From the sequence record PV733669.1: a stretch of 53,728 bases of DNA. One strand, written 5' to 3'. The notes under the pieces are model-generated. The model ran no database searches. It was not told the DNA's origin and was given only the letters and a program-made list of their open reading frames with translations. Shown one piece after another: positions 9,839 through 20,227 of this stretch; positions within the stretch are counted from its first letter, which is position 1; the number at the start of each line of letters is the position of its first letter. The translations under genes were made by a program, and so were the position numbers. This stretch comes from Escherichia phage ES2-BCU-3.

Positions 9839-12795
9839 TGCATACATTGATAATGAAGAATGCTGACCATCGAGCTAATGTTGAAAGCATTATCGAAGGT
9901 CACCATCACTTCTTAGAACGCAATACGGGCAGAACTGACGACGCTACAAAACAACACTATGTCTTTAACCCAGAAGGCATAGTGTCAAACAACCGTCACT
10001 TCATTGCCCATACAATGATGGAGTATCAACCTAATGGTGATGCTCCGTCTGAGAGTCAGTCTCTGCTGATTCTGGGAGAAGTCCATGCTTACCTGGCTAC
10101 TAAGGAACAGCGATACCTCGATAAAGCTATTGAGTACTTCGACGCATACGTTAAGTATTATTACGAGGGCGACCCTATTCCAGATACACCAAGGCGCTGG
10201 ATTGCTAACTGGCTTTGTAACGGCAAAGAACCAGTGCTTGCTAATTTCCCTATTAATGATTCGCAGCCAACTCAGGGCGGCTACAAGAACGTACCAATAC
10301 GTTTTGTTAATGGGAAGGCTATGGTGCCTCAGGGCTCTCCTTTTTGGGGCGAGTATATGGATGTGGCGACATGGGCTCACCGCGGACACATGGCGTGGCC
10401 TGCTATTAACGGTGGCGTACGTGCTATACAAGATACCGTAGACTGGGATGATATTTACGATAACTATCGTATAACCACTATGCCTGCTAATCCTGCAGAC
10501 CAGTTAGCATGGATTGATTGGCCGCGCTATCTTGGTAAACCGTCGTACACAGTCGACTGGTCTTCTCCTGAACCTCCGTTGCAGCTGATAGAATATATTG
10601 TTGCATGGACTGGCGACAGAATCGGTGTACTGCCAGGTAAGAACGACGAGCTATGGGGTGGTGAGATTCTGGAATCTGGTTTACCTGACTCACGTAAAGG
10701 TGAGATTCAGCTTCGTGACCATACTGTCAATGGGGTTTACCTGCTCAACTACTCTGTTAAGCTGCCAGTCGATAAAGGTGGTTACTTACTGAAGCGTAAT
10801 GAGGTATGGCACAACCGTCCTATTAACGTTCCGCTTCATGGCGAACTGCAACGTGGTAACGCTGCTGACGCCGAGCTCTGGTTCTGTGACTGTTGCTATA
10901 TGCTGTGGCGCATTACTAACGAGCAAAAGTATTATAACGCATGGCAAGCTGTACTATTTACTTTGGAGGAATATCTTGACATCGACAGACAAGACCAGTT
11001 CTTCCGACAAGACCCGTCTGCGTCTTCGCCATTCACTGATGGCATTTCTTACGACTGGTCTTATCCAGAAGAAGCACAAGCTCTGTACTCTCGCGATGCT
11101 AATGGGTATATTGATTTACGTCAAAATGAGATTGCTCAGTCATCACTTGAGCAGCAAGCTGTCTGGTTTAAAGTAAAACCAAGTGCGAAGATTCGTACTG
11201 AAACAGGCGGTCTTGACGATGCTGGTGGTAACATTAGCGTTAAGGTTGAGATGTACATGAACCGTGAGAAAGTCGATGTCGATGCAAACATCTATCGTTT
11301 TGTGGCTCAGCTTCCACCTCTGGCAGCTACACCCACAAACTATGACATTCCGCTCAGTGACTTCGTTGCTGGACAGAAAGGTGATGGTTCTGAGTATATC
11401 CTTGCTGATATACGAGCTGCTGTTGATTATGGGAATACAGTAGTCCGTCAGGTATATCGCACTGACATTCTCGATAATCGTCGCGGTAACACTATTCAGT
11501 TCACTATCCCAGACGGTTCGTCTGGTGGTATTATCGGTTTCTGGTTGCTGGAGTCTTCACGTTCTCCTTTAACTGGTTTAACCTATACATCCACAGGTCC
11601 GCTGTTGCTTAAAGCGACTGACGACCAGGGTTGGAACTGGGAACGTCCATTACCTGCCGCAGGTGGCTGGACAAGTATAACTATCAAGAACAGCGACTTT
11701 ACTTTGGCGTCATACCAGGAGAATCCTGGTACACCTGGTAAAGACCATCCTACGTGGACGGACATACCGCAGTTCTCTTTTGTACTGCCTGACGGAGTAG
11801 AGACTAGCACAATGCTAAGCTACTACTGTGTCAACGATGTTCCTCCTCGTTATGACTGGGACATTGGCTACACAATCAAGTATCGCTTAACGTTCTCTGC
11901 TGAGCATCCATACTTGGTTAAACTTGGTGACTGTACAGTTATTGATTATGAGCCTGACAACCTGGCGTACGTGCCTGGGTTAGTTCCGTTCTCAAACATC
12001 TATAACACGGAATCACAGCAGTTCGATGGCTGGCATGGTATGCCTTACCCTGGCTACCAATACCCATTCATCTTTACGCATGATGATACAGCTGTTGGTG
12101 CTAAGCGAATGGAGAACATGACTAACTTCTTGTACGACTCTCAGCAGTGGTACTTTAAGCGGTTTGGTCAGTTAGGTCCTGGCGCCTCAGCTTACATCTG
12201 GAACCGTTGGGATAACTTCAAGTATGGCGTTGCTGATACTTTCACTATGTATCACTGGGGGAACGGTAGTGCTTGGTCTGGTTATCAGCCTCGTGCTTAC
12301 TTCAGTGCTGCACGTGCTGTTTACGAGATGAAGAATCGCGGTAAGACACCACCTGCGAAACTTGTCAAGTACGTAGAGAACTGGACAACTTGGTTACTCG
12401 ACTTTATGGAACGGTCTGGCGGTGTGTCACCTACTAACTTCCCTCAGGAAGGTGTAGCAATGCCTGACCCTACTGACTTCACTGGTCACATGTGTGGCTT
12501 GTGGCTGGCAGGCGCATCTATGGATGCCCTTTGTGGGTCGAGTGTTAAAGGCGTTGAACGACTGATGGACCTGCTTGTTAATGAGCTGGAAGACCATTAT
12601 GATATTACCGGAGTACCTGGTCATATTATGGATGGCGGATGGTCGCCAGCTTTACGACTGAGTACTGGTTCAGGTCCTGAAAGCAATGCGATGTATTTCG
12701 GATTCTATTCAGGTGAGATTCTTCGCGGGTTAAGTTTGTACCTGCTGTACAAAAATAAAGGCGTCGGGGCAGATATTTACGACCTGGGCAAATAA
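9826..12795 (+). CDS. Large virion-associated protein of unknown function (989 aa)
   Basis: Longest ORF in the window, between head-completion and Ig-like genes; Trp/Tyr/Asp-rich; an alternative in-frame ATG at 9838 makes a TAATG junction. Confidence 0.6.
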   Translation: MGWLMHTLIMKNADHRANVESIIEGHHHFLERNTGRTDDATKQHYVFNPEGIVSNNRHFIAHTMMEYQPNGDAPSESQSLLILGEVHAYLATKEQRYLDKAIEYFDAYVKYYYEGDPIPDTPRRWIANWLCNGKEPVLANFPINDSQPTQGGYKNVPIRFVNGKAMVPQGSPFWGEYMDVATWAHRGHMAWPAINGGVRAIQDTVDWDDIYDNYRITTMPANPADQLAWIDWPRYLGKPSYTVDWSSPEPPLQLIEYIVAWTGDRIGVLPGKNDELWGGEILESGLPDSRKGEIQLRDHTVNGVYLLNYSVKLPVDKGGYLLKRNEVWHNRPINVPLHGELQRGNAADAELWFCDCCYMLWRITNEQKYYNAWQAVLFTLEEYLDIDRQDQFFRQDPSASSPFTDGISYDWSYPEEAQALYSRDANGYIDLRQNEIAQSSLEQQAVWFKVKPSAKIRTETGGLDDAGGNISVKVEMYMNREKVDVDANIYRFVAQLPPLAATPTNYDIPLSDFVAGQKGDGSEYILADIRAAVDYGNTVVRQVYRTDILDNRRGNTIQFTIPDGSSGGIIGFWLLESSRSPLTGLTYTSTGPLLLKATDDQGWNWERPLPAAGGWTSITIKNSDFTLASYQENPGTPGKDHPTWTDIPQFSFVLPDGVETSTMLSYYCVNDVPPRYDWDIGYTIKYRLTFSAEHPYLVKLGDCTVIDYEPDNLAYVPGLVPFSNIYNTESQQFDGWHGMPYPGYQYPFIFTHDDTAVGAKRMENMTNFLYDSQQWYFKRFGQLGPGASAYIWNRWDNFKYGVADTFTMYHWGNGSAWSGYQPRAYFSAARAVYEMKNRGKTPPAKLVKYVENWTTWLLDFMERSGGVSPTNFPQEGVAMPDPTDFTGHMCGLWLAGASMDALCGSSVKGVERLMDLLVNELEDHYDITGVPGHIMDGGWSPALRLSTGSGPESNAMYFGFYSGEILRGLSLYLLYKNKGVGADIYDLGK

Positions 12796-12801
12796 CGACT
12801 A

Positions 12802-12830
12802 TTTACATGGTTGAAGCGCCAGCTTATAAT
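12802..12830 (+). promoter_or_regulatory. Sigma70-like promoter (TTTACA-17-TATAAT) with -10 inside a palindrome
   Basis: TTTACA 12802..12807, TATAAT 12825..12830; 8-bp perfect inverted repeat gcgccagc(12816..12823)/gctggcgc(12833..12840) brackets the -10. Confidence 0.55.
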
Positions 12831-12864
12831 AGGCTGGCGCACATCCAATAAGAGGATTCTCCAG

Positions 12865-13506
12865 ATGGCAAATCGCACAACCGCTAACCGTCCTATCGAA
12901 GACGCAGACCTGCGTCAGGAAGAGGTTACGCAGTTCCCGCCAGCTAAACCGACTAAGCTCGATGAGAATGGCAAGTTCATTCCTACGCCGGTTACTGGCA
13001 TCACTGTAACACCTGATACCGCCAGCTTGCTGGTAGGTGAGTTCAAAACTCTTACCGGTACCATTGCGCCTGCTGACGCAGACGATGTTACTGTGCTGTG
13101 GTCGTCTGACGACGAAACCATCGCGACTGTTGACGGCTCAGGTCGTGTGCAGGGTATTAAAGTTGGCTCTGCAACTATCACGGCTAAGTCCAAACTGGAC
13201 CCAACCAAAACTGATACTGCAGCTATCACCGTTACAACTCCGCCTGTTGCAGTTACCGGCGTTACTGTTGCTCCTAAGACCGCCACGCTTTCCCTGGCAG
13301 GTACTAAGACTCAGCAGCTGACTCCTACCATTGCACCGGCTAACGCTACCAACAAAGCCGTGACCTATACCTCCAGCGACGCGACAGTAGCATCTGTCAA
13401 CTCTTCTGGTCTGGTAACTGGTCTGAAAGAAGGTACAGCGACCATCACTGTTAAAACCACTGATGGCAACAAAACTGATACCTGCGCTGTAACCGTTACC
13501 GCGTAA
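12865..13506 (+). CDS. Ig-like (BIG2-type) domain protein
   Basis: Repeated ~80-aa units with TVTP...A...TxTA...P..A....V.W.SSD..(I/V)ATVD pattern; ATG 12865 with AGAGGA 8 nt upstream. Confidence 0.6.
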   Translation: MANRTTANRPIEDADLRQEEVTQFPPAKPTKLDENGKFIPTPVTGITVTPDTASLLVGEFKTLTGTIAPADADDVTVLWSSDDETIATVDGSGRVQGIKVGSATITAKSKLDPTKTDTAAITVTTPPVAVTGVTVAPKTATLSLAGTKTQQLTPTIAPANATNKAVTYTSSDATVASVNSSGLVTGLKEGTATITVKTTDGNKTDTCAVTVTA

Positions 13507-13518
13507 CAGGAGCATACG

Positions 13519-15393
13519 ATGTCGCTTCCACTTAATGAGGTTGTCGACGTCCAGTTCAGCAAAAGCAACGGGGGTAAAGGTTTTACCCCCGAAGTAAAGC
13601 TGAAGGGTATATGGGCGAGCAGATACCTTTACGAAATGCTGTCGAATGATAGCCGCGTATTAATCGGTATCATGTACGACCCTGCTGATGCAACTAACAA
13701 GGGCATGACCTGGAAGTCAAGTAAGCCTCTTGTCGTAACTGTAGATGCCGAAGGCTATGTTACACCAGTGTCTGCTGGTGAAGCATTTGTAACTGGCACA
13801 TCAGACGATGGTGGTTTTACTGTTGTGATTCGGTTTATTATAACCAAAGCACCTGTGCCTGTTACTGATGTTACTGTTACACCCACAAGTCTCTTGCTTG
13901 AGGTAGGTGCTACCGGTCAACTCAGTTTCACTTACTTGCCAGCTGACGCAGACGACCTCAACTTCTCATGGCAGACTGATAACCCTGCGATAGCTACTGT
14001 TGATACAAACGGTAAAGTTACAGCTGTTGCGCCTGGGTCTACTGTCGTAACCCTTTTCTATTCTGCAAGCGTATATGATACGTGTGCAGTAACTGTGATT
14101 CCGCCTACTGTGCATGTTACCAGCGTACAGTTTGATACTCAGGAACCACTAAACGTAAACATCGGTAACACTGAAGAAACCGAGATAACTGTTTTACCGG
14201 CTAACGCTACTGACAAATCTGTTACGTACAAAAGCAGTGACACGGCTATTGCCACTGTCGATGCTGATGGCAAGGTAACAGGTGTAGCAGCAGGTAACGC
14301 AACAATAACTGTGACTACTACTGACGGTGCGAAGACTGACACCTTGGCTGTTGTTGTTAAGGTTCCTGTTGTTCCTGTCACTGGTGTTACTATTGACGAA
14401 GGTTCTACAGCTAGCATGACTGTTGGAGACACTCTTCAACTTCACGCAACTGTTGCACCTGCTAACGCAACAAACAAAAACGTGTCATGGCAATCGTCAG
14501 CACCTTCTGTGGCTACTGTAGGTTCTGCTGGTTTGGTAACAGCAGTTGCAGGCGGAAGTGCTAACGTAACTGTTACGACAGAAGATGGTAGTTTTACTGC
14601 TACTATCGGAATAAGTGTTGGTGTTCCTGTAGTTCATCCTACAGGTGTAACCATCGACCAGGGTGATGCTGCAGATGTTGTTAAAGGTACAACCTTACAG
14701 CTAACAGCCACAGTCGCCCCGGCTGATGCAACCAATAAAGCTGTCACTTGGTCTTCTGCCACACCTGCCAATGCGACAGTAGATTCAAATGGACTTGTGA
14801 CTGGTATTGCTTTTGGTACCTCTGTCATTACTGTCACTACTGTTGACGGTGGAAAGACAGATACCATTACAATTACTGTACCGTCACCCGCTAGCTTAAC
14901 GACGGACTCGTTCCCGAGTAACCTACTTGTGGGTAACAAGGTACAACTGACGTATACGACAAACCCGCCAAACTCGCCGTTGACTGATATTGCTTACTCA
15001 TCGTCAGATGAGACTATTGCGACTGTCGACTCTACGGGTCTGGTAACCATGTTAGCAGAAGGAAGTGCCACTATTAACATGAGTGCTAAGTCGTATGGTG
15101 AGGCAGTTAGTGACGGGTCTGGTATGTACCCTGTAACATTAAGTGTGCACACCGATTCGTTACCTTCGTTGGCAGTAGGTGCAACACAAAGTCTTGTTGT
15201 TTCAACTACTCCATCCTGGGCCTTAACTGACCCAGCAAGTACGGTCGAGTATACTACGACAGACGCCACTGTGGCAACTGTCGATACTACAGGCCTGATA
15301 ACTGGCGTCGCCTCCGGTGGTTGTAGGATAGGTGCGACAGTAAAAAATGGACTGGTAGAAGCATCTGATAGTTCCTATCAATCAGTTGACTAA
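13519..15393 (+). CDS. Ig-like domain repeat protein (about five tandem BIG2-like domains)
   Basis: Same domain pattern repeated; AGGAG upstream of ATG 13519. Confidence 0.6.
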   Translation: MSLPLNEVVDVQFSKSNGGKGFTPEVKLKGIWASRYLYEMLSNDSRVLIGIMYDPADATNKGMTWKSSKPLVVTVDAEGYVTPVSAGEAFVTGTSDDGGFTVVIRFIITKAPVPVTDVTVTPTSLLLEVGATGQLSFTYLPADADDLNFSWQTDNPAIATVDTNGKVTAVAPGSTVVTLFYSASVYDTCAVTVIPPTVHVTSVQFDTQEPLNVNIGNTEETEITVLPANATDKSVTYKSSDTAIATVDADGKVTGVAAGNATITVTTTDGAKTDTLAVVVKVPVVPVTGVTIDEGSTASMTVGDTLQLHATVAPANATNKNVSWQSSAPSVATVGSAGLVTAVAGGSANVTVTTEDGSFTATIGISVGVPVVHPTGVTIDQGDAADVVKGTTLQLTATVAPADATNKAVTWSSATPANATVDSNGLVTGIAFGTSVITVTTVDGGKTDTITITVPSPASLTTDSFPSNLLVGNKVQLTYTTNPPNSPLTDIAYSSSDETIATVDSTGLVTMLAEGSATINMSAKSYGEAVSDGSGMYPVTLSVHTDSLPSLAVGATQSLVVSTTPSWALTDPASTVEYTTTDATVATVDTTGLITGVASGGCRIGATVKNGLVEASDSSYQSVD

Positions 15394-15419
15394 CCAGGCA
15401 ATAAACATTTTCTTGGCCA

Positions 15420-15448
15420 TTTACACAGACTTTATTCCTGTGTATAAT
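15420..15448 (+). promoter_or_regulatory. Sigma70-like promoter with extended -10 (TTTACA-17-TGtTATAAT)
   Basis: TTTACA 15420..15425; TGTGTATAAT 15439..15448. Confidence 0.55.
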
Positions 15449-15480
15449 GGCCGGAAAGTCCACCCCATGAGGTAAACAAG

Positions 15481-16620
15481 ATGCCGTTGAATGTCAACCA
15501 GATTGTCAACGTTCAACTGAACAACACGCCGACTGGTATCAGCAAAGGTGACTTCGGTAAACTGGCTCTCCTGACTCAGGACCCAGGCACTGCATTCCCT
15601 GATGGTGACAATGGTCACTATGTTGAAATCTCTCAAATCTCAGAAGCTAATGCTTACTGGGGTACAGGCTCTGTTGTCATTGAAGCGTTAAAAGTATTCT
15701 TTGCACAAAGCCCGCGTCCTAAGTCGGTAGTCATCGGCTCATGGGACCCGGACGGTACTCTCGAAGACGCGCTGAACTCGTTCAACGACGCTTACCCTAA
15801 CTGGTACGTTGTTCGTCCGCTTCCGCCAACTGCTCAGCTCACTGCTGACGAGCTTACCGCACTGGCCGGCGCAGTAGCTGCATACGACAAAAAGCGTATG
15901 AGCTATACCACGCTGAACGCTGCAGACATCGAAAACTCTGACACCAACAAGATTAAAATTCTTGCTGGCAAAGGTTACGATAATATGTGGCTGCAGTACG
16001 ACAAGAACAACCAGAAGTACGCTGACATCTCCGCGATGGCCCGCGCACTGTCTGTTAACTTCTCAGGTAACCGCACAACGATTACCATGAAGTTTAAACA
16101 AGAGCCTGGCATTACGCCGAACAACACTCTGACGCTGACTGAAGCGAATAAGTGTAAAGCTCTGGGCATTAACTGGTACACCTACTACAGCACGTTTGCG
16201 ATGCTGGCTGAAGGTACTGTTCTCGGTACTTCCAACCCGCCACGCTTCTGGGATGAAGTGCACGGCCTGGACTGGTTCTGTAACGCTGTTCAGACCTATG
16301 TCTTCAACGCCCTGGCTACGTCACCCACGAAGGTGCCGCAGACTAACAAAGGTCACGAGCGCCTTACTGGTGCTGCAGCTGTTGCATGTCAGCAGGCTGT
16401 GGACAATGGTCTGGTTGCACCTGGCATCTGGTATGGCGATGAGTTCGGTACGCTGTCTTATGGCGACCGTCTGGAAACTGGCTTCTACATCTATATCCCT
16501 GATGTTGATGACCAGCCTCTGGAAGAGCGTGAGAAACGTGAAGCAGTTGTGATGCAGATTGCAATCAAACTGGCTGGCGCTATCCACTCTAGCGACATCC
16601 TCATCAACTTCACACGTTAA
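15481..16620 (+). CDS. Tail sheath protein (putative)
   Basis: 379-aa ORF with its own promoter, directly upstream of a tube-sized gene, chaperone and tape measure. Confidence 0.45.
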   Translation: MPLNVNQIVNVQLNNTPTGISKGDFGKLALLTQDPGTAFPDGDNGHYVEISQISEANAYWGTGSVVIEALKVFFAQSPRPKSVVIGSWDPDGTLEDALNSFNDAYPNWYVVRPLPPTAQLTADELTALAGAVAAYDKKRMSYTTLNAADIENSDTNKIKILAGKGYDNMWLQYDKNNQKYADISAMARALSVNFSGNRTTITMKFKQEPGITPNNTLTLTEANKCKALGINWYTYYSTFAMLAEGTVLGTSNPPRFWDEVHGLDWFCNAVQTYVFNALATSPTKVPQTNKGHERLTGAAAVACQQAVDNGLVAPGIWYGDEFGTLSYGDRLETGFYIYIPDVDDQPLEEREKREAVVMQIAIKLAGAIHSSDILINFTR

Positions 16621-16630
16621 GGAGTTATCA

Positions 16631-17062
16631 ATGATCATCGATTCTTCTGAATGCGTGCTGAGCCTTAACGGTGTCCAGTTGTCAGACTGGGCTGATGGCG
16701 CCGATGTAATCGACGTTCAATGGGTGGACCCTGCGTCCACCTACCTGGCTGGCGCAGATGGTAACGGCATTCAGATTATGAACCCGTCGAAAGCCATCAA
16801 GCTGACCGTTAAGGTTAAGCAGTCTGGTCCTGACGCCAAATGGCTGAACGACCAGTACAACCTGCAGCGTAACAACATCCGTGGATTCGTCCCGTTTGTT
16901 CTGCAGGCTAAAGACCTTCTGAACCAGGACCTTGCCTGGGGTAAGAAAGGTTACTTCACTGACGGTTCCCCTTGGACCCGCGGTAATGGCCACAACCCAA
17001 CTACATTCGCGATTGTCTTCCACAACGGTGGTATGACTCTGACCGAAGGTTTTGACGCTTAA
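16631..17062 (+). CDS. Tail tube protein (putative)
   Basis: 144-aa ORF after the sheath candidate; ATG 16631 preceded by GGAG (track ORF starts at 16559). Confidence 0.45.
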   Translation: MIIDSSECVLSLNGVQLSDWADGADVIDVQWVDPASTYLAGADGNGIQIMNPSKAIKLTVKVKQSGPDAKWLNDQYNLQRNNIRGFVPFVLQAKDLLNQDLAWGKKGYFTDGSPWTRGNGHNPTTFAIVFHNGGMTLTEGFDA

Positions 17063-17078
17063 TAAAAGGAACTGACAA

Positions 17079-17507
17079 ATGACTGAGCCCAAATCATTTG
17101 ACATCGACGGTGTAACGTATAACATGAACCTGGCAAACGCACTACCTGCCTGGGCAGTCCTGAAGAAAGCAGGGAAACTGTTCAAAGGCATCGGTAATGC
17201 TGACATTGTGGGTAAAGACAATAAGGTCGACGGTAAGAAGGCCATGTTGGTTATCCTTGACGCTGTGCTCGACAACGCAGGCTCTGATGAAGTGACTGCG
17301 ATTGAAGACCTCATCTTCAAGAACACCGTTGTTGTTGTAAATGGAACCCCGCGAAAACTCGGCGATGTAAAAGACCAGCACTTCAACCAGTATCGCAGTC
17401 ACATCTTGCCGATTCTGAAAGAAGGTCTGCTCTTCCAATTCGCGGATTTTTTCAAAGGGAATGGCCTGTCAGGAATAGCGGGTCTAGCCATGCCCTCGAC
17501 GAAATAG
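17079..17507 (+). CDS. Tail assembly chaperone (putative)
   Basis: Small ORF between tube and tape-measure candidates; assignment by position only. Confidence 0.35.
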   Translation: MTEPKSFDIDGVTYNMNLANALPAWAVLKKAGKLFKGIGNADIVGKDNKVDGKKAMLVILDAVLDNAGSDEVTAIEDLIFKNTVVVVNGTPRKLGDVKDQHFNQYRSHILPILKEGLLFQFADFFKGNGLSGIAGLAMPSTK

Positions 17508-17517
17508 AGCGTAAACG

Positions 17518-17560
17518 AAACCAGTCAGGGACGCAAGAAACTGACTGGTTTATTTGGTTG
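17518..17560 (+). terminator. Hairpin / possible intrinsic terminator
   Basis: 11-bp perfect stem aaaccagtcag(17518..17528)/ctgactggttt(17541..17551) with 12-nt loop, followed by a T-rich tract. Confidence 0.5.
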
Positions 17561-17672
17561 CCAGTTATCAAAGGCCATATAAAGCTGGAGGAGCTGAAGA
17601 CCAGTTACACTCTATGCGAATTGTGTGACCTGCATATAGCTATTCTCGACTATGCCGAGTTAGAGGAAATCC

Positions 17673-19334
17673 ATGGCGACAATAATCGATAGCTTCCTGG
17701 TATCGCTAGAGAGTAAGGCCGATAGTTCTGGCTTTGACCTCTTCGACCAGCTGTCTCGCCGTTTTGTGATTACCCTCGGTGACGTAATCAATCTGGCTGA
17801 GCGTGCCGCAAGTGCGCTCGGCAAGATGTTTGCGCCCGCGTTAGAAGCGGATGTAATTGGTGCCAAGATTCGAGGCTTCGGTTACGACGTAGAATCGACG
17901 TGGAAAACGCTGATGGATATGTCTCTGCAAATGGGTACACCATTCCAGGAGGCACTCGACGGCTTTACCAAATTAAAAGCATATGGCGTTGACCCGTTAA
18001 ACGGTTCACTTCAGATGCTCAAAACTATCACTGCCGCAACAGGCGGTGACTTGGCACGTACCATTATTGCGTATGGCCAGGCTACTGCGATGGGTTCATT
18101 GCAGGGCCAAGAAAAGAACCAGTTCATTAACGCCGGTGTCGACATCTGGGGTGCCCTGTCTCGCTACCTCGATAAACCACTTGGTGAACTGCAAGACATG
18201 ATGCGCAAGAAGCAAATCACGTCTGACATTCTTACCAGCGCTCTGAAAAAAGAAGCTGAGCGTTTAAAACCAATTGCAGAACAAGTTGCTAACACGCTGA
18301 AAGCTCAGCTTACCAACTTGAGTACAATCTGGTATGCTGCACGAGCTAAGTTCTCGCAGACCAGAATCTGGAGTGAAGCAACCAAAGGTGCTATCTCTCT
18401 GGTTAAGACGTTGACATCTGTTCTTAACGATGCAACGCTTACTGCAGCGTTTAAAAAGTTTGATGACCTTGTATTCGGCTTAATTGAAGACGTTAAGCGT
18501 CTGGTATACGTAGTCGGTGATAACTTCCCACTGATGGTCGCCATAACTACCTTTGCATTGATGCAGCTTATTCCTGTGCTTGCTCGTGTAGGTAATGCGT
18601 TTATGGCGCTTGCAGCCAAAATACTGATGAACCCGTTAACCTGGCTGATTCTCGGTATTGCTGCAATCATCTCACTGCTTGCTGACCTTGATGATGCGTT
18701 AGCAGGCCGTGAGACAATGGTCAACTGGTCCAAGGAAGCTGTTCAGGCTTGGAGCCTTGTTAAGCAGTATGTACTTATCATCGCTGATGCCATACTGGCA
18801 ATCTTCGATGGCAGGGCATGGGACAAGCTGACAGGTTGGTGGGACAACCTGATGGTCAAGATTAAGAAAGGCATCGAAGACATTAAGCTTTGGATTACTG
18901 AAGCTATTGCTCAGTTGCCTGGTGGTCAATACCTGCTGAACATGTTTAGCAAGATGCCGAACATGAATAACCCTCAGGCTATTGCTGACGGTTATGGTAC
19001 AGGACCTTTGCCGCCGCAACAACCTAAGCCGCAAGGTGGTGGATTCAGTTTCAGCGACTTGCTTAACTGGTCTGCCCGTAATTTCAACCCTATTACGGGT
19101 GAGCTTACTCCTGGTGGTCAGGCGATGCGTGCAGCAATGAATAGTGCAAACCAGTCTGCTAACAACAGCGGCGCACCTACGGTTATCCACCAAGATAACA
19201 GCGTCAAGGTCGATGCAACTATTACAGGTGTTGAGAACCCACAACAGGTAGGCAAGGAAGTTGCAGACCAGACTAAGCTGGCGCATCAGAATGCTTCGTC
19301 TAAATCTAACTCGCAGACGGCGGTGAAACAATGA
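17673..19334 (+). CDS. Tape measure protein (putative)
   Basis: 553-aa protein with helical N-terminus, central hydrophobic segments and Gly/Gln-rich C-terminus; sits between chaperone and baseplate genes. Confidence 0.55.
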   Translation: MATIIDSFLVSLESKADSSGFDLFDQLSRRFVITLGDVINLAERAASALGKMFAPALEADVIGAKIRGFGYDVESTWKTLMDMSLQMGTPFQEALDGFTKLKAYGVDPLNGSLQMLKTITAATGGDLARTIIAYGQATAMGSLQGQEKNQFINAGVDIWGALSRYLDKPLGELQDMMRKKQITSDILTSALKKEAERLKPIAEQVANTLKAQLTNLSTIWYAARAKFSQTRIWSEATKGAISLVKTLTSVLNDATLTAAFKKFDDLVFGLIEDVKRLVYVVGDNFPLMVAITTFALMQLIPVLARVGNAFMALAAKILMNPLTWLILGIAAIISLLADLDDALAGRETMVNWSKEAVQAWSLVKQYVLIIADAILAIFDGRAWDKLTGWWDNLMVKIKKGIEDIKLWITEAIAQLPGGQYLLNMFSKMPNMNNPQAIADGYGTGPLPPQQPKPQGGGFSFSDLLNWSARNFNPITGELTPGGQAMRAAMNSANQSANNSGAPTVIHQDNSVKVDATITGVENPQQVGKEVADQTKLAHQNASSKSNSQTAVKQ

Positions 19335-20227
19335 CTGACATCTTTACAGGTATTGTTGACTCGGCTACGCAGTTGGCGAATGACGCTCGTAACACACTCA
19401 TGGGCGATGGTACCGCCACACTCCGTTTCAGGAACTGTGGCGGTATTAAGATGGATGCAGTCACCAACGAAGAGCACTCCTCTGAGTTGGAGATTGCAGA
19501 CAACGAACTTGAGTCTGGTGCTAAGGCGTCAGACCATGCTGCTATCCAGCCAAAGGTGATAACTGTCACAGGCGTGGTTGTGGGTTACCTGGACACATCA
19601 ATTCAGGAAGACACAATCAGTGATATTACCGGCCTGAGAACGCTTGATTTCTTGGATGATATAGAGCTTCCTAAAGTAGTGTCTACTGTCCTCGAAAGTA
19701 CAAGGGACTTAGCAGTAAACAAGCTAGCTTCCTTTATAGACTGGGGTGGTTTAGACGCTACCATTTCTAGTTCTTTAGTTCCTTGGTTGCCTGACTTTAG
19801 TATAGCGGAACAGCTGAAGCCTTCGGACAACTTACGTATTGAATCTGTGTACCGTAAGTTACTGGACTTCCAGAAAAACGTTATCTACTGTGACGTTGAC
19901 ACTGGTATTTTTAAATACACGAATATGCTTCTGAAGTCTGTTCGTGTGGTACAGGAAAAAGATGGTTCTGCCACTTTTACCTTAACCTTCCGTGAGATAC
20001 TGGAAGTACCAATTGTTGTTACCAATGCTGTAGCCGCTAAGTCAACTGGCAGACCTGCTAACACAGGCTCAAAGAAAAGCGGACGAGCGCAAGCTCAGGG
20101 TGACGCAACGACGAAGAAAGATATTAACACAACTACATCTATTAGTGATAAGAAGGCGAACGATAACCGAGGCTTTAACGTTACGCTAGGTGACATCTTC
20201 GGCGTTAACCTGCGAGGTCTGTTCTGA
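19331..20227 (+). CDS. Hypothetical tail/baseplate protein
   Basis: ATGA overlap with tape-measure stop; 298 aa. Confidence 0.5.
   Translation: MTDIFTGIVDSATQLANDARNTLMGDGTATLRFRNCGGIKMDAVTNEEHSSELEIADNELESGAKASDHAAIQPKVITVTGVVVGYLDTSIQEDTISDITGLRTLDFLDDIELPKVVSTVLESTRDLAVNKLASFIDWGGLDATISSSLVPWLPDFSIAEQLKPSDNLRIESVYRKLLDFQKNVIYCDVDTGIFKYTNMLLKSVRVVQEKDGSATFTLTFREILEVPIVVTNAVAAKSTGRPANTGSKKSGRAQAQGDATTKKDINTTTSISDKKANDNRGFNVTLGDIFGVNLRGLF

Noticed and set aside
13000-15400. Periodic DNA repeats that might be mistaken for a CRISPR array or tandem repeat element
   Set aside because: The periodicity is ~240 bp and in frame; it reflects tandem Ig-like protein domains.
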